Made by a program: the position numbers and the translations under genes. Of a stretch of 32,190 bases of DNA, positions 30,136-32,190 are shown piece after piece. The notes under the pieces are model-generated. The model worked only from the letters and a program-made list of their open reading frames with translations, was not told the DNA's origin and did not search any database. The stretch is from sequence record SRR31156797_2845, one strand, 5' to 3'. Every line of letters starts with the position of its first letter. The first letter of the stretch is position 1.

Positions 30136-30240
30136 GTGTTTAAGTTATCTTTTAAAGGTCACATGGAACTCACAAATAAATTTGATCATCCTCTTGTGTG
30201 TCAATTTGGATAATCAAATTTTCATGTTCGTTTCATGTGT
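30129..30240 (-). ncRNA. Putative structured 5' leader, copy 2 (upstream of Ntn hydrolase gene)
   Basis: High similarity to 23618-23726; stem 30178-30191/30208-30221. Confidence 0.55.
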
Positions 30241-30320
30241 AAGTAGTGGTTAAGTTGTTTGAAGGCACTAATGTAATTAATAATTATGACTTCTAAATTA
30301 GATTGTAGAATGATTTATAG

Positions 30321-30709
30321 CACCCCTTCGCCTGTCGGCACTTCCCCTAAAAGGGGAAGACATTAATATTAACATTCTCCCCTTTTAGGTTCTTCTTTAT
30401 ACACAAATGTTGAACCCACTTTGGGTTCTTTGATTCGATTGTCAATACCACGGGTAAAACCCGTGGTTATTCCAATTAAACCACTTCGTGGTTTTCCAGG
30501 AGGAAAAATTACAGAATTTGAAAAGATTATATCATAGAATTTAGGTATCCCGGAGGGATTCAATATAAATAACCCCGCATGAAATGCGGGGTTATTTATG
30601 ACAGGTATATGAGGTTGAACCCCGAAGTGGGTTCAATGTCTTCTCTGTGATATGAAGAGATGTGTATAAAGAGTAGCCACCCAGGGGAAGTGCCGAAGGC
30701 GAAAGGGTG
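30321..30709. repeat. GC-rich REP-like inverted pair interrupted by an inserted element
   Basis: caccccttcgcctgtcggcacttcccct (30321-30348) is near reverse complement of aggggaagtgccgaaggcgaaagggtg (30683-30709). Confidence 0.75.
30410..30636. mobile_element. Non-autonomous REPIN/MITE-like element, copy A
   Basis: Terminal IR ttgaacccactt..gggttc / gaaccccgaagtgggttcaa; internal palindromes accacgggt..acccgtggt, aaaccac..gtggttt, ataaataaccccgcat..atgcggggttatttat; second copy at 31663-31893. Confidence 0.75.
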
Positions 30710-30749
30710 AAACAGCAGTAAACGAAAGGGTGCATCGTGAAGTAAAACA

Positions 30750-31550
30750 TTAATAATTGTTCCTCCTGTCTTCTCTAAAACGATATTCTTCTCGCACTTT
30801 ATGGATTAGGTCTGTATCGATTTCTCCAATGATAATATCTTCCTTGCTTTTTAAGGTGGTAGGAGAGGTATTGTAATCGATCCAGGGCGGACAAAAAATG
30901 GAATTGCCATATTTCTCTCCCGCTCGATTTAAACTGAGCATGTAAATTTGATTTTCCAATGCTCGGGTGATTATAAAATGATGCCAACTTGGAAAGCTGT
31001 TATCCTTATAAAAAGCAACCGGATGAATCAGGAAATCGATATTGTGTTCCAAAGCCAATTTGCGAGTCAGTTCTGGAAAACGCATGTCGTAACAGATAAT
31101 CATACCAATTGTAACGCCATTAATTTTGAAGCTAACAGTTTGATCTCCTCTTTGGAAATATTCCTTTTCTATGGAGTTGCCAAATTGTGCCATGTGCTGT
31201 TTGTTATAGACAGTTACCATCTCTCCTTCGGGATTGATAACAGCTTGGGATATGAAATATTTATCATCCTTTATTTGAGGAAATCCATAACAGATGTAGC
31301 AATTTTTCTCTTTGGCTATTGATGAAAAAAACTGAAAGCTATCCCCTGAAATATCTTCAGCTAAATCTTGTAAATTATCGAATGTTTCTCGAGAATATCC
31401 ACAGGTAAAGAGTTCTGGTAAAACTATCAGGTCAACATTTTCTAGTTTATCGATGATCTTCTTTGCCTGGAGCAGATTAGTATCTCTATCGGCTATAGTT
31501 TTAGCATCGATATTGTTGACTTGTATAGCAGCGAATTTGAGTTTGGGCAT
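30750..31550 (-). CDS. Carbon-nitrogen hydrolase (nitrilase/omega-amidase family)
   Basis: VLPELF, YNKQHM, ICYDMRFPE triad motifs, RALENQ; true start MPKLKF at 31550. Confidence 0.92.
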   Translation of the reverse strand: MPKLKFAAIQVNNIDAKTIADRDTNLLQAKKIIDKLENVDLIVLPELFTCGYSRETFDNLQDLAEDISGDSFQFFSSIAKEKNCYICYGFPQIKDDKYFISQAVINPEGEMVTVYNKQHMAQFGNSIEKEYFQRGDQTVSFKINGVTIGMIICYDMRFPELTRKLALEHNIDFLIHPVAFYKDNSFPSWHHFIITRALENQIYMLSLNRAGEKYGNSIFCPPWIDYNTSPTTLKSKEDIIIGEIDTDLIHKVREEYRFREDRRNNY

Positions 31551-31662
31551 GCTTGAAGAGATTAAAATGGTAAGCTTAAAGATAATGAAATTGAAAATTA
31601 TCTCATCTCCCTCATTAAGTTCGGGACTTTCTCCTTGAGGAACTACTCTTAAGACACAAATA

Positions 31663-31893
31663 TTGAACCCACTTCGGGGTTCTATGGTTTGATTACCAAA
31701 CACCACAGGTTTTACCCGTGGTTATTCAAATTAAACCACTCTGTGGTTTTCTATAAGGAAAAAATTACAAAATTTGAAAAGATTAAATCATAGAATTTAG
31801 GTATCCTGAAGGGATTTTATATAAATAACCCCGTATGAAATTCGGGGTGGATAAATGATAGATATATAAGACTGAACCCCGAAGTGGGTTCAA
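31663..31893. mobile_element. Non-autonomous REPIN/MITE-like element, copy B
   Basis: Perfect 20-bp terminal IR ttgaacccacttcggggttc / gaaccccgaagtgggttcaa; colinear with copy A including the AT-rich spacer aatttgaaaagatta.atcatagaatttaggtatcc. Confidence 0.75.
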
Positions 31894-31967
31894 CACCTTT
31901 TTTTTTACGATATTCGAAGATCTTTAGAAATAGTAGTTCTAAGAGAAGTTTAGGATGAGGTGATAAC

Positions 31968-32000
31968 AAAAAAAAGCCATCCTCAATGAGAATGGCTTTC
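31968..32000 (-). terminator. Terminator after glycyl-tRNA ligase
   Basis: Minus strand aaagccattctca-t-tgaggatggcttt + T run. Confidence 0.75.
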
Positions 32001-32018
32001 ATATATTTTGAATTTAGC

Positions 32019-32190
32019 TTATTTCAATTGCTTAAATAAAGCTTTCATGCTAACATGAGAATCAAGGATCTCAGCTAATTTTGAAATCTCAACACGCTCT
32101 TGTTCCATGCTGTCGCGATGACGAATGGTAACCGTGTTGTCTTCTAACGACTGGTGATCAACCGTTACACAGAAAGGAGTACCAATGGCA
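32019..32190 (-). CDS. glyQS: Glycine--tRNA ligase (alpha2 type), C-terminal anticodon-binding fragment
   Basis: Manual translation [38 protein letters not shown]...*. Confidence 0.9.
   Translation of the reverse strand, partial: AIGTPFCVTVDHQSLEDNTVTIRHRDSMEQERVEISKLAEILDSHVSMKALFKQLK

Noticed and set aside
30369-30563. 64-aa ORF (and the 61-aa ORF at 31817-32002)
   Set aside because: Chance ORFs within palindromic repeats or a terminator; no transposase motifs
30658-30673. agatgtgtataaagag resembles the Nextera/Tn5 mosaic end (possible adapter contamination)
   Set aside because: Has an extra A, lacks the terminal ACAG, and has a natural inverted partner at 30394-30405 and a diverged counterpart near 31643-31659, so it is likely genomic
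1528-31638. Numerous short antisense or overlapping ORFs in the ORF track (e.g. 3330-3722, 29840-30253, 30948-31322)
   Set aside because: Shadows of well-supported genes with no motifs; those at 23625 and 29840 share a peptide only because they cross the duplicated leader
31551-31706. 52-aa N-terminal extension of the nitrilase ORF
   Set aside because: Reads through repeat copy B; the family fold begins at MPKLKF (31550)

Overview
AT-rich chromosomal window from a Bacteroidota bacterium. Gene content (porZ-recO, ftsX-DUF3098-uppP-truB-queA) and TAnnTTTG promoters support this; a marine Marinifilaceae-like lineage is my inference. In order it carries ahpF(partial)/ahpC with an OxyR-like promoter, a PLP aminotransferase, a membrane-anchored class III adenylate cyclase fused to an HD domain divergent from a tandem USP gene, rdgB-porZ-recO-tRNA-Arg(CCT), an LRR lipoprotein, an orphan cysH-like gene, a class I isoprenoid-synthase-like gene, a 2-hydroxyacid dehydrogenase, a truncated globin, housekeeping genes, a teichoic-acid-like glycerophosphate locus (yfhO, 2x tagF-like, tagD, lpxL-like, flippase), an Ntn hydrolase, a nitrilase-family gene and the 3' end of glycyl-tRNA ligase. 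The most unusual non-coding signals are three. (i) A ~110-nt structured leader occurs twice (upstream of tagD and of the Ntn hydrolase gene), with a compensatory base-pair change and an arm that could alternatively sequester the start codon. (ii) Two ~230-bp REPIN/MITE-like elements, nested inside other inverted repeats, flank the nitrilase gene. (iii) A degenerate 21-bp-period array lies after cysH. No CRISPR array, integrase or transposase was seen.
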